Assembly: GCA_046563655.1 (NCBI GenBank)
Contig: CM102284.1
Location: 310,001 to 374,000 of the forward strand
Reading direction: 5' to 3'
Length of the DNA stretch: 64,000 bases
Origin: Yuukianura sp. NJ FZ-2021
Taxonomy: Eukaryota
Position numbers and translations under genes: made by a program. Below the pieces are notes generated by a model, which had not been told where the DNA came from, ran no database searches, and saw only the letters and a program-made list of their open reading frames with translations. This document shows positions 41,845-55,164 of the stretch, in pieces (within the stretch, counting starts at the first letter, position 1; every line of letters starts with the position of its first letter).

Positions 41845-44605
41845 TCAGAGACACTGCATTTCGTCGCAGTAGATTTGGAAAGTACTGGAGAGTACTTTTG
41901 TACTGTCGTGCGTTCGTCTTCTGCGACAAACTTCCTGAGCATGCGTGCGTGTGGGTCGTCCTGGCAACCAAGTGGGGCGGCCCAACCTGTACATTTGTTT
42001 GTCCGAGGTCAAGTACCCCCCTTCCACACAAAGGTCAAGGTTCCTCACTTGAAGGGACCACGCAGGGCCCAGCAGACGTTCGTACAGGTTCCTTGGGCAC
42101 TCGGGATACAACCTGGCAACATACACGCATAATTTTCAAAAAAAAAATGTAAGTTGTAAGTTTAAAAGTTAGTTTTTCGAAAAAGTTTTCGGTTGACGTA
42201 AACATTAGCGACCGTAATTGTAGCCGCACAGTGTTGCCACTCCGCTCATTTTAGTAGCAACACATAGTGCCAGCATTTGTAGCAGGTCTGACTTCAAAAA
42301 GGTAACATAACGTGGCAACATGAGTAGCCGCATAGTGTAGCTATCAATTATAACCACAAAGTGGCAACACCACGGGTAAAATGACGGTCGTTAATCCTTA
42401 CCCCAACCAAGTTTTCAAAAAGAGACATTTCGAAAAACAAATCTTACCAAAACATTCTTAACTCTTTTGTATATAATTTTTCCATTCCTTGTTCCAGTTC
42501 GTGGTACATCCGATAGCTCTCGTGGAAGTAATCAACGCACATGACATTGATGAGATTGACAATGGACCAATAATAATAATCAATATAAGTATATTAATAA
42601 ATAAAATATATAATTAATAATAATAATATAATTAAAAATAATGATCAAGGTACTTACCAAGGGATGTCCAGCACAATGTGGTGGTCAAAGTACTCGTGAT
42701 CCCTTGACAAGGTCACTGGAGTGTAAAAACTAAAGTTGAACACATCAGTGACCTCTCCGGCGCAACTGTCACAGCGAAATCTCATTGGTCCAGCATTTTC
42801 CAAACAAGTATCCAGTACTTTTGAAATGTGCTGGAAGTCTGATTGGCTGAAATCTTCGTGGAAGTAGTAGCCACGCCCCTCGTGAGCCACCTTCAGCAGG
42901 TCAACTGCTGTTGACAACATTTTGTCCCCGATTCCTGCGTTTTGGCACACTTTTTCTGTGATTTGGGCCATTTGAGAGAGTAGTTGAAATGACCTTTCTG
43001 GTTTGAATTGTTGCATTTCGGAGTCAGAGAATGACCTTTCGATGCTTCTTTTGAGCAATCTCGTGTTGAGGTCATCGTGCAAAGATTTGAGTGAAGCTGG
43101 AATCGGTTGGCATGACTCCGAAGGCTCGGAAGCATCTTCGGATGGAATCGGAACAAATCCGGAGTTTTCATGCTCAACTGTCCCCTCGGGGTAATTTAGT
43201 TTCTGCGGGTCAACGCATTGTAAAGAGCATCCAGAACCTGAAATTCAATTGCAAAGTTCCAAATTTTGAGTTCGATAAAATTTCAGCTGGGAGAAAAAAA
43301 CAGGAGTTTGTTAGACTTTTGACCTAGTTGAAGCAACTAGAACTTTCTGAGAATAATAATTTTTTGGTAGAATGAGCTTCCATATGCTACACTAAATTTT
43401 CCAAAACTTATTTGGAAATTTCAATTAAAAAGTTAAATTAAGAGACGTTAAAAATAATTTTTTTAAAATCTCAAAATTTAGTTGAATTTATGAAACTATA
43501 TTTTGGAATTTGCCTATCAGCAAATATGATAAAAAGTCAACCAAGGTCAAGTTTCTCATGGTCGTTTCCAGGAAAATGTCACTTTTGAGCTCAAGGTCAA
43601 AGGTCACCGGGGGGTAAAAGGTCAGGAACTTTAAATATTTTTTTAAACTACTTACTCTGACGATTGATGTCCAGAGAACTTTCGTTCAAGAAGACTTTAT
43701 GGACCAATCGAGCATCTTCGATGGGATGTCCAGGACAACGACCTCCAGTCGCCATGACATCGACGTGTCCAAAAACATTTTTGTAAACACGGACAGTTCC
43801 GGTAGTTTCACTTTCATCTCGTTTCTGTAAACATTTGACCCCAAGGTCATCTTCAAACAAGCATCCATTGAGGATATAAAGTTGACCTTCAGCTGATACT
43901 TGCAAGTATTCAGCATTTCCCGCTAGAGACGTCAACTTCCATCTCGAATTGCCCCGCCCTCTGCCGGTCACCAGCAGAAAATCGGAGGAGTTGAAAGTGC
44001 GACTGCGCAGAAACCGAACCGAAATCACACCGCGTCCGAAACTCCCGAATTTTAAACATGCGTCGTTTCCAAAGTAAATTCGTCTCTCACAGTCCCTTGC
44101 TTCATCCATTTGAACACTAATTCTACATTTTATATAAATTATTTAATATTAATATTATTTATATATTAATATTTATGTAATATGTTTTATGCAGTGTTTC
44201 TCACATTCCCTCGAAGCAGAAACAAGACGGAAAGGGCGGAGCAAAAGTAATTTCTGGGCACTGATTGGCTGAAAATCTCCTCCGTTGTCCATCTTCACAC
44301 CACTCTACATAAGCAGGGGCAGTGGGCATGGAGGGGTCAATGACCTCTGTCTCAGTTGACCTTTGACCTTGACCTTCTTCTGGCAATTCCCCCATGTTGC
44401 CACTCCGGTGGACATTGTCGTAGTAGTCTTCGTCAGTTCCAGAAGATCCGCCAATCATAACGTCATTCTCTCCTGGGTCGACGTAGTCACCGAGGTACGA
44501 CATTTGTGCCGATACTTCAAGGTCAACCAAAAAAACTAAAACTAAGGTGACAAATAGCCGTTGGACATACGCGGGAAACTTGAATTTCCGAAATTTAAAA
44601 TTCAT
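41845..44605 (-). CDS. Uncharacterised secreted/membrane-anchored protein, ~5 exons
   Basis: Consecutive minus-strand coding blocks (~44605-44207, 44120-43655, 43237-42657, 42565-42447, ~42135-41845) with GT-AG-like borders. N-terminal hydrophobic segment LFVTLVLVFLVDLEVSA; scattered Cys; no family recognised. Confidence 0.65.
42231..42370. mobile_element. Short MITE-like element in an intron
   Basis: Perfect 10-bp inverted repeat GTGTTGCCAC...GTGGCAACAC with internal GTAGC/GCAAC sub-repeats; similar motifs at ~33770-33830. Confidence 0.5.
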
Positions 44606-45478
44606 TTTTAAAAAACTGTAGAGCAATTTTAGAACAATCTTTTGAACTCGTCACAGAACGGTGTCAACTGAGTCGTTTGTTTTAAATACTTGTTTACACA
44701 AAGTTTTCTTGGAACGATTTTGACAAAAAGTAAATGTTTATATTAATACGCAAACATCTTGTGTCATTCCACTTTCAAATTTTTTACTCCTTTCAAAATT
44801 TTGACACAATTCAACAGTTTAGAAACCAATACTCAAAAAAGTCAAAATTTTTCAAGTCAAAATTTAGTAACTTGAAGGTGCCCTGGAAGGCACCTCCAAC
44901 TTCCTAAGCTTAAAAAAAATCTGTAAAAATTATTCCATCGCGTTCTTCAAGTTTATTAGAATAATAATAATTTAGTAATTTACATCCAAACCTAAAGTAT
45001 TTAACAAGAGCAGTAATTCTAATGTTGGCACTGCAGTTGATACCCTCATTTCAACTATTATTGAAATTAATTAAAATTACGTTATAAGTTAATTAACACT
45101 TAAAATAGTTAACAATTCAGAAAGTAAGAAAAGTGTAAAACCCCTAGTCCCCAGTTTGACTAGAGAAATCAACGTATGCTACTCTCCAGAATGTCCTTGT
45201 CCGGTCACAATTTAACTAATTTAACTAAACAAAATTTAACTAAACAGAATTGAACTAAACAAAATTTAACTAAACAAAATTGACCTAAAATATAGTTTTC
45301 TAAGACATAAAATTACTAAAAACTTATTAAAATTAGCAATTTAATTAAAATATTTAAGTACTAAGAATGATGATGGTAGTATGCGTTGTCCGTTCATAGA
45401 AAAATTTAGGAATCCGGTTGTCCAATTTCACAAAAAAAAAAATTCTTGCCAAAAAATTTTCAATTTTTTTTTGGGAAA

Positions 45479-48426
45479 CTATTTGAAGAGCGTTCTGACT
45501 CCAAATCGAAATCCATCCCAGAGCTTATTGACGGAATACTGCTTGAGACAGTACATTCCTTGTGTAGGGTCATTGGCTCTACCTTCAATTACATAAAATA
45601 AATAATACAGTTTAATTAATATATTTTAAAATGTAAAATATATTAAATTCCTTACTGAATGCATAGACAATTCGATTTCCAAAGTCAAAAATGCTGTTTC
45701 CCGTAGAGGGAAGGTGCGTACTGCCAAAAATCAAGTCAGTAATTCCTGATCCTGCGTCAGGATCATGCGTCAACACGTCTTCACGCAGACGTGCAGTCCT
45801 TTCAGCAATATTCAGTTGTCCAAATCCTGGTAACCTGGTTTCAAAATTTCAAAAAAATTCAAAATTTTGAAAATTTTTTAACTTTTATTGAACTTACCCT
45901 GGGACAACGCCAAAATATGAAATGAAAAATGGTTTTGCCACTTCGCTAATCGTGTCCACAATGTCCGATTTTTCTTCTGCTGGCGTCTGAGAAGTTTGCG
46001 TCGTCGTAGCAGAAATGGACGAAGTTTTATCTGGATTTTTGACTTGTTTTGGTGGGAGGGTGGGACTGGTTGGTGGTGGGGCCGGTGGGGCCTTGCTGGA
46101 AAAGTAGTGCTTGATGTAAGTCTGTGCAATTTGGCCCAACATTCCAGCCAATCCTGAGTCTTGTTGCTGCGGAGACTGTTGATTTTGAGGATGTGGACGC
46201 TGATTGGTCGATGAGGAAAATGCGGGCATCTGATTGGTTGGTCTCGGGAGGGGCTCAATTTCATTACTCTCCTCTCCACTTACGACTTTTTGGGGAGGAG
46301 GGGGTGGTGGGGGGCGGGAATTGTCGGGAGGGGTGAGGAAATTAGACACAATGTTGGAAACTACCCCTTGGATCATTGGACTTGTCGCAACTTGCCCCAG
46401 GAGGGGGAGGGCATTTTGCAGGAGGACGTTGACCTTGTCACCCCCGTCGCCCCCCGAACCACCCCCTCCGGAACTTGCTACTTGCATCAGCATATTGGCC
46501 ATGTTGAGCAAATTCGGGCCCTGTGATTGGTTCCCGCCACTTTGCCGTTTTGTCGCAGTAACATTGACTTTGCCCTTCTGTGCTTGTGGATTTGAATTTT
46601 GCGCAACTGTGATCTTGGAATTTTGTGCCGCTGGAAGAATGACCTTGGAAATATTCTCGGGTGGAGCAGAGTTTACTCTCAGTGGAGGAACTACCTTGGA
46701 AAAAAGTTCGGCCGACGAAACGGTACGTGAAACAGTTTCAGCCGATGAAGCAGTACGTGAAGCAGTTTCGGCAGGTGAAACGGTATGTGAAGCAGTATCG
46801 GCCGGAGCAGGCGGAACTTGAGCAATTTGTCGAACGACGGCACGTCTGTTTCCAGTCGAAGCACGGCGCACACGTCTGTTTGCCTTGCCGTTGCCAAAAA
46901 CTCGACTGACAATGTTGCCAACTCCTTCGTTGGCAACATTGTACAAACCATACTCCATGTAGCAGTATCCCAAATTGAATTCACGACTGTAAGCAACGTA
47001 GTTCGTCTGATACTTGCTCACCCAACCGCCAACGTCTACTCGTTTTAGCAACTCGGTAGCCGTCGATGCCGGTAAAACCGTCGAAATTCCTTCAACGACA
47101 TCCGACATTCCGATACTCCGCATCAAAGCCCCGACGAACTGAAATGCTTCTGCCAGTATCGTACTGTTTAAAGTACTTTCGACCGTTTCCGGTTTCGGTG
47201 TGGTGAAAGGTTCGACTTTTTCCATACTCGTATCGTTTAGATTCACGCACGGTTCGGTCGTTGTCGTAGTTGGATTTGTCGATACATCGTTTTCGGTGTC
47301 CACTTCTTCCGACGAAATGTCGTCTTCTGGACGTTTTTTTATTATCAAACGCGGGCTGCGATTTGAGTGCGGATGGGGTGGACTTTCGTCGGAATTGGCC
47401 GATCCCTGACACCTTGAAACACAAAAGGTCAAAGGTCAAGGTCATTCTAACACTTTTTGAAACGTAACAAGGTCAAAAACATCATGTTTTCAAAATTTTG
47501 AAAAAATTTTGAAAATGTTTCCAAAAACTTACTTCACTGGAAGGCCATTGGAACAACAGAGTGGTTCAGCCGAACTCACGCCAGCATAGATCCAGTGCAT
47601 GTCGCACCATCTAAAAATATGAAAATTAATTTAGGAAGTTTTGTAATTTGGGAGATAAAAGTCAAATAAGTAAATTTTTTTTTTTCAAAATTAGACTTTT
47701 TCGAAAGATTTCAAAATTTTATTTTTTCATTACCTGTAGAATCCTGCTAGCCACCTTGGATCTGTTGTGCGCATGTTGCGTTCTTGTTGTCTCCAGCCAG
47801 CAGGCGATGCAATGTGGATTCTTGGCAGTGGCACTTTGGCTGAAGCGTTGAATCGCTGACAAACCAAGGTTTTAGTAGCGCTGAGAATCAGCGTCTGAAC
47901 TAAAACTGGCTTCTCTTGGTTGCTCATCGCTCGAACCAATCGCTGACAATCGCTCGCACACTTAGCTCGATCTCCAAGCGATGTGCAGTTTGTCGACACT
48001 GGATTTCCTGAAAAATTCCACAAAAAATTTAACCCACGATTCAACCAACTTTGTGGAATTTTTCAAAATTTGCTTTTTATGAACTAAAAATTTCTTTGAC
48101 AAAATGCTGAGGTAGGTTCTACACACAAGGAAACCAAAAAATTCAAAGTTCCTGCTGAATTTTTAAATAAAATAATAATAAAATGTTAATAATTTTAGTT
48201 AAAACATATTTAATTAAAAAGTGCCTGTTAGTGTAGGTGTTGCGTCTGCTGAGAATTGAAGTGGCGGAGAGCCGAGGAGGAAGACGCCACATTGACAAGT
48301 GCTCGCAATTGCATTGTCCTCACTTCCACTTCCACTTAACTCGGCTTTCACTGTTCCCCCAAAGGTCAAGGGCAAGGTCAAGGTCACCACTGTCCAAATC
48401 CAACCAATCACGCAGCTTCTTTTCAT
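45479..48426 (-). CDS. Secreted protein with an N-terminal follicle-cell-protein-3C-like Cys domain and a long low-complexity body, 6 exons
   Basis: Signal peptide, then CQCGVFL...C...CASDC...VC...WCDMHW...PLCCSNGLPVKC; ~500-aa T/S/P/Q/G-rich exon; terminal exons ending YCLKQYSVNKLWDGFRFGVRTLFK* at 45479. Confidence 0.75.
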
Positions 48427-49274
48427 TTTTCTATCGCGCCCAGTTCAAAAAAATGCACAACCTCAAAAAATTTGTGTGTTTCACTGAAACTTGAGTCGAA
48501 AAATTTTAAACTTCATAAAAATGTTGAGCACTTTACCAATGTTTTCAACAAGAAAAAAATCAACTTTGTGAATCTTTCCACAATAAACAAAGTTTTGCCA
48601 AATCTGCCACAAAAAAAACACTTTTGGTAAGGTTTTTTCTCGAAAACGGAAAACTAGATCAGTGGAATTTTGTGTTTGAGATTGGAATGTTATTGTTCCG
48701 CTCCCGTGTGTATCCGTGTTGGAGTAGACTGTAGAATGCCGTGAATCCCCTTGAACCAAGTGAAGTTGAACTAACGGGAGGTTAACCCAGGAATGCACAG
48801 ATCCACTAGTACGAAGATGCACAAGATGAACAAATTCTGAAGATCTTTCGAGACAGATCCCGTTACAATCCACCTCTAATAAGAACAAACAGCCACACTC
48901 AATCAGGGATCCACTTGCGGACTCAACTTTACAATGTGGGTACTTCCAACAAAACACCACAGAATCACCTGACCAGTCTACGACCAACAGAGATTTCAAT
49001 CCGCCGCCCAAAATGTACCAATTTATTAAACAAAATTTAACAAACCCTCAACACGATTATGACTTTTAACAAGCAAAGTAAGCATTTACAGAAAATAATA
49101 TGCGAAAAAAAGTTAAACCATTTCACATTTTGGAGTGTAAATATTTATGAAACATTAAGCAAAAAATGCAAGGTGAATAAAAAAACAAAAGAGCTAACCG
49201 AAATCAAACCGAACAAGGAAAAGCCTGAAATAAAAAAAAAAAAGCATATATCCACCTATAGAGAGAGCCTAACA

Positions 49275-49380
49275 AAACTGGTCGGAAAAGTGGTAGGCAG
49301 TTTGAAATGTGTTAGGCAGTTGGAAAAGTGGTAGGTGGTCGGAAAACTGAGTGGTCGGGCAAGTAGTAAGGTGGTCGCGG
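49275..49380. repeat. GGTCGGAAAAGTGGTAGG-type short tandem repeat cluster
   Basis: Several imperfect copies of ggtcggaaaa and gtggtagg. Confidence 0.55.
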
Positions 49381-52088
49381 GAGATGAGAGTACTTTTACT
49401 GCACAAGTTGAATAAAATGAATTTAAAAAAAATGAGAAATTTGTATTTTGACATGACACTCTGCTGAAAAATTTAATTTCTCGTGAGAATCAAAAATACC
49501 AATAACTTAATTCAAACTTTGTGATTTCTGAGGAGCGTAATTTGAGTGCGTGGCGCAGACTGCCAAGACCAGAGTGGTGTTAATTGTGTGTATCACTTGA
49601 GAGTGGCAGTAGTAACACAGTTTCGCGATGAATGACTCCTTCATCTTCCTGTTCGGAGTGAGTCAACACATTTAAACTTGCAATTCACCTCTTGTGCTAC
49701 CAGCTAATGTTTGAATTTGAATTTGAAGGTTTGCCGCCTCTCGGAGGCATAAAATGAAATTGGACCACAGTCTAAAAATACTTCCATTTCATCCTAGGGC
49801 TAAAATTGGCCAAATCCAAGTGACCGTGTCCACTTGTGAGGGTGGACTAAAAGTCGGACTTTTGAGGACGACGCCTTAGGGGTTTCAAGTAGGCTGCAAC
49901 ACTTCACTAAACTCATGTCCAATTTCTACTTTTTGGTTCCGGATTCCATTACTCAGGTATCCCAATTTTCAAAAACATAGCCTAACTTCACCTGAAAAAC
50001 AAAAATCTAAAGTGTTTTGGAACAAGATGAGACCCTTAAGGCCTAAGGGCTGGACCCTTCAAAATCCTGGGAGGAAAATCTTGTTTGGAAGTTTGAACTT
50101 TTCTTGAAAATTTTCGTTTCTTGAAAAAGGAAAAGGAAATGGATTTCAAATGACTTGGCAGAAGAAGGAACACAATGGAAACGGTTTTGTGTCGGATTCC
50201 GTGCGAAGTAAAAGCAAAACTGTTTCTTCAAAAAGAAAAAAAAAAGAGAAAAAAAAACTTTCTACAGTTGTTACAAAAAAGAAAAAAAAGTAATTTTGAA
50301 ATCCTAGAGGTCAGCGGAGGTCACTTTTAATGAAAATGGACTTTTTAAAGAACAATTTTTTAAAGAAATCAAAGAACCGATGATATTTGTTTTAAAATAT
50401 TTTTTGCTTTTGTCATTCAATACACACCCAGAGGCAGTTTGAAAGGAAATTTTGAAAAAAAAACAAAGGTTTTCTTTCTTTTTTTTTTCAAGAAGGTTCA
50501 CGGAAATTGGGAAAAGAACCTTGAAATTTTAGCTTTATTTTTTCTTCCATTATAAAATTGGGGAGGAAATTGAAAAAAAAGGAATTTTCTTCTGAGAAAA
50601 AAGAAAAGAAAAAGCGGCAGTTTTTGAGTGAAACCTAAAATTTCATAAGGATTCGTGGGGAGAATGGGGTCAAAGCGTCATCAACCCAAAGCTTAATTTT
50701 TCATGTCGTTAAAAACCACATTCTCAGTCACGTTGAACTTCTCGAAACTTCACAAAAGAAAAAATAGTAAATCACGTCGTAGTTATAACTCAAAAAATGA
50801 ATAGAATCAATCAACCGGAAGATTAAAACTTAAAAAAAAATCAGATCAAGCCTTTGTTTGCATTTTAAATCTTCCCTCCCCAATTTTCAGTTTCACTTGG
50901 CCAAACCCAGTACAAATTGCAAAGAAATTGGCAAACCGAATTTGTGGTTCCGCTCATTTTCCACACTAAAAACAACTTTTCACAAAAAACTGAAAAAAAG
51001 TTTCAAAAAAAAACTTGATCTACCAAAAAATTTGAGTTCCGGCTACAACACATACTCGCTCAAACTAAAAAGCATGCCAAAATTTTACACAAATTCTCCA
51101 CTTTTCCAAAATTATCCCAAAATTTTCAAACTTTTTTGGAATTTTCCCTCGCAAGGTCAAAGTTGTAAAAGATCAAGTGAAAAGCAAGTGTAAACGTAAA
51201 CTAAAATGCAAAAAAAAAACTGAATGTTAAATGGAAGAGCTACATTTTTCACACGCATGCGCGTCGCGAAAAATTCAAAATTCGACACGAACTGTGGCCA
51301 AACTGTACAAATTTTGTTTGCATGCGACTACTAATTGCATTTTTTTTGTCTCTAAAATTTCTGTTTCATTTTCTATGTTATGTTTGAAATTTAAGGCGTT
51401 TATTTAACACAATGTTGAAAATATGATACGGAGCTGAGAGGTTCCTTCCGAAAACTCAGAAAAAGTGAGGAAGCGCTTACCTTAGTTAGTACAATTTAGC
51501 AATATCCCGTTTAATACTTAACCGTAGCCACCTAGCCTTAACTTTCATAGTTAACTTTTTAATTCACATTATTAACTTAGGCAGTTAACCTTAACTTTCG
51601 AAAGTTAGTTAACTTCTGAATTTGAATTTATGATTAGCTTAAGATTAGTTAGCGTAACCTTAAATTTTTTTGGTTAAGAGTACCTTCCCAAACACAGTCT
51701 AAAATACATTTCATCCCTGATTCCTTTTACAAAAAACTTAGTTTTTCTAAAACTAGGTTTTCTATAGTTTTTCTAAAATTTAGTTTTTCTAGAAACTAAC
51801 TGATTTCTTATGTAAAAGAAAGACTTGCGTCATGTGGCGAGTAGTTTAGGAGTTTTTGAAGGCAGAGAGGACAGGTACGGCGACATTGGAGCTACACTTG
51901 TCTCCTTCCTTCTGATTGGTTGGAACAGGACGACGGACGCTTTTGATTGGTTCAAGTTGTGGCCAATGAAAAACAGGAATGAAGGTTTGTAGTTGAGCGC
52001 AAAGTTTTCAAAGGTTGGCGGGGACTTTGTGATGATTTCCGGAAGTTTAGCTCCTCCCCCGGAAGTTTAGCTCCTCCCCCTGGAAACT

Positions 52089-53344
52089 TTAGTTTTGTGT
52101 GCCATAGAATTTGGGGGCGGAGCTCCAGCTCGGATCTTGTTCGCCTTCGTCCGAGTCTGAGTCAAAACTGGAGTCACCATCTTGGTCCCCAGCGTAAATC
52201 GGAGTCGGAGCCTCTTTTTTGCCGCCTTTGAGAGAGGCGGCGGTGAGTGTCTTGAAACAATTGTTGCAAACACGTTGCGGTTTCTTGGACATCGGCAGAA
52301 CAAACTTCTTGCTACAGCAATCTGCAATGCAAAAAAACAGCAATAACAGTAAAGGTCAATAGAATTCAACAGGAAGTTGTTGGGTGTGTCCGTGACGTAC
52401 TTCCGCAGTAGACTCCGCCGTCGTTACGACAGTGGTGCCTTCGGTTGACAAAGGTGAACACGCCCTGACACCCTTTGCATGTCGTAGCCTCTGCATCCGG
52501 CACCCAAAGTGCTGCATGCTGTTCCACAGGCTTCTTCCCACTTTTCTTGAGAAGGTCAAAGACACAGCGCTGAATGTGGGCCATCCACTCGGCTTTTTCC
52601 GTTGAAGTGGCAGCGTACACAGCAAAACTCTTACTTGCAGTGCGAATGACCCAGCCATTCTTCAGAACTAAAACGAAAACATAACGATTAACATTAACTG
52701 ACGAAAATAACGATTAATTGTCGATTTAGTAACTGCAAAAGTAAAGAATACTTACTGCCTTCGTCAGGAATGGACTCCAATTTTACTTCTTCTAGGGGAA
52801 TCACATGTTGCTTGTTATACTGCGCATAAAACAAAGTCAAAGTCAATTAAGATTGACATTTCAATGACACTGTGATGGACATGGTCCATGATGATGATCT
52901 TTGTCCAAAGTGGACACATTTTTTGTTCTTGACTTTCACTTTTTACCTTTTTCTTATTGATGAGAATATTTCCGTAGACGAGAATATCGTTGAAGAGGAA
53001 GAACTGTCTGGGTTTTGGTTTCTTGCGACACATCTTCGTTAAAACTCCTTCTCCCACAAGTACCCGTCCAGGAACAGATAGAGACTGTAAACAACCAATA
53101 ATAACATCATATCATTCCAATTCCAAAGTAATTAACTAACTTTAGATCAATTAAGTTAACGATTAAGGTCAATTACTTGTCCCGATGTTCCGAAGCACCC
53201 TTCGACGCATGTGATCCTCCTAGCATTGGCTTCGCTGTTTACTAAAAAACGAAATATCATGAGAATTAGGCAATTGTCGACAATGTGACGAAAATAAAGT
53301 ATCAATAATATGAACGGCTTATTCTTACCGAGTCGGTCCACCAT
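52089..53344 (-). CDS. PLEKHF2: Phafin / PLEKHF (PH + FYVE + poly-acidic tail; Drosophila rush hour-like)
   Basis: MVDRLVNSEANARRI..VEGCFG, GEGVLTKMCRKKPKPRQFFLFNDILVYG, KSFAVYAATSTEKAEWM, WVPD, RRHHCR, RVCNNC, DSSFDSDSDE tail. Confidence 0.96.
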
Positions 53345-53896
53345 GTTGGCCTTGGTCAGCTGATTGGTCAGTTCTGATTTTCAGATTAGTAGTGGACGAA
53401 GGACGAGTTAAGAGCTACTAATAGTCTTCTGAATGGACAAGACAGTGATTAGATGAGTCGCACTTGAAAAGACGGACATCCAGCTCTACGATAACCCACG
53501 GACTTTTAGAAACGATGAGTCACCAAGTCCATACACTTTCTTTTACTATCACTGACGTCATCAACAATAAGTAGTTACAAAAATATGGAGTTTCAGACCT
53601 TCTTTGACTGACCTTTTGACCTGTGACGTCTTGGAGTAACAACGGACGATGCGGATGGAAGTTAAGTGACTTTTGATGATTCTCTATCTTCTGGTGAAGC
53701 TGATTACCTCTAAATTAGGACTAATTGATGAGGGGAACTTTAGTTTTTCTGTGTTTTCTATTTCTATGTGCAACTTCGCCTCCCAGCTGTGAGAATGGGA
53801 AATAGAGGGGAACGGAACCTCTTCAATACATTTTTCGGTTGACGTACACAAATACATGCTAGGTTGTACCCGCGTAACGAGTAACTACAACGGTTA

Positions 53897-54087
53897 CACT
53901 GTTGCTGGATATCCACTTTTTTGCATTTTGTCCGGGCGATATCCACTGGATAAATGGATAAATCCGGATAAAATCCAGTTTCCAATGGACGAAATCGAGT
54001 TTCGTTTGGAAAAAACCAATAAAATCCGGATATATCCATCACTTTCGAGGAGAGTGGAAGAAATATTTTGTCCGTAGAGCAACACTG
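53897..54087. mobile_element. hAT-like MITE
   Basis: Ends CACTGTTGCT...AGCAACACTG (1 mismatch) with internal GGATA/TATCC sub-terminal repeats. No clear target-site duplication. Confidence 0.55.
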
Positions 54088-55164
54088 ATAAAAACAAGTG
54101 TAAGTGCCCACACGATTAGGTGGTTAGTGTATATTACGCAGTATGATACGTACTAAACTCAGAACAAAGAACTAAAATTCCGGGTCGTATCCTACCCTTC
54201 TTCCGGCCTTAAAATTACTTTCAAATTACATTCCCTGAAGATAATGTGTAAACTAAAACGTAAATGTATAAAATGTAAAAGGTTGGCCGTAAATATATAG
54301 CATTTAGAATACCTTGCAGTATAACTAAAAGAAATTACAATATCACAATGGTTGTATGTTTAACTTAAGTGTAAAAGTATTCGTCACTTCCACTACTCAT
54401 CCCAAGTGCTAAACTTATATGGAAGAAGTGACGCATCTTCAAATTAGAAGTGGCTTTATCCGTTTTACATCCAACTAATTTCGGAAATGAAACTCTCAAT
54501 TAAACTTAACAACACTATGATTATATTGACGTCAAAACTTAAATTTTGAGCGGTATTTACATTTTGGGAGTGAGATTTAAGAAAAGAGTTGAGTGTAGTA
54601 GAAAGTACGAGTGACCTTGACCTTGATTTGCCATCAGGATCAAGTGGACAATGGTATAGAGGCAAAAGACCTTGGACAAATATAACCTCTGTCAAACAAA
54701 AACGAGATTCATGCAGCTTGTGAATTGAAGACGCTCTTAGTTTCAGTCCTCTCGAATACACATAAAATGTAAACTATTTCATTACTATATTTTATTATAA
54801 TAAGGATATTAATGATCTCAACACTTGAACAAGTGGTCGGTCACTAATTATTCCTTCACACTCTCTATTCAAAACAACATTAAACAGAAGTTTGTTTTTC
54901 ACTGAAAGGAAATTATGGTCCGGAGTCATTTGGTTTATCTGCCCAATATTCTACCGTAATGCAGCAGTTTCATTTTGAACCCACTTTATCTTGGAGTGAA
55001 GCAGTGAAGTGAGAAACAGTTGAAGTGGCCGATAAGCCCCTGTCCCGTGTCACGAGGTCACTATCTAAACATAGTCATTAAATTTTCCATTTGCTGGAAT
55101 TTACCGTACGTCAGTCTCACTTTTGAACCTGCGCTGAGAAGATTCCAAAAGTGAAAGTTACAAA

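Noticed and set aside
46234-46821. 195-aa plus-strand ORF
   Set aside because: Antisense shadow of the low-complexity exon of the Fcp3C-like gene.
48481-49011. 176-aa minus-strand ORF
   Set aside because: Non-ATG start, no recognisable motif, AT-rich tail; more likely leader sequence of the gene starting at 48426.
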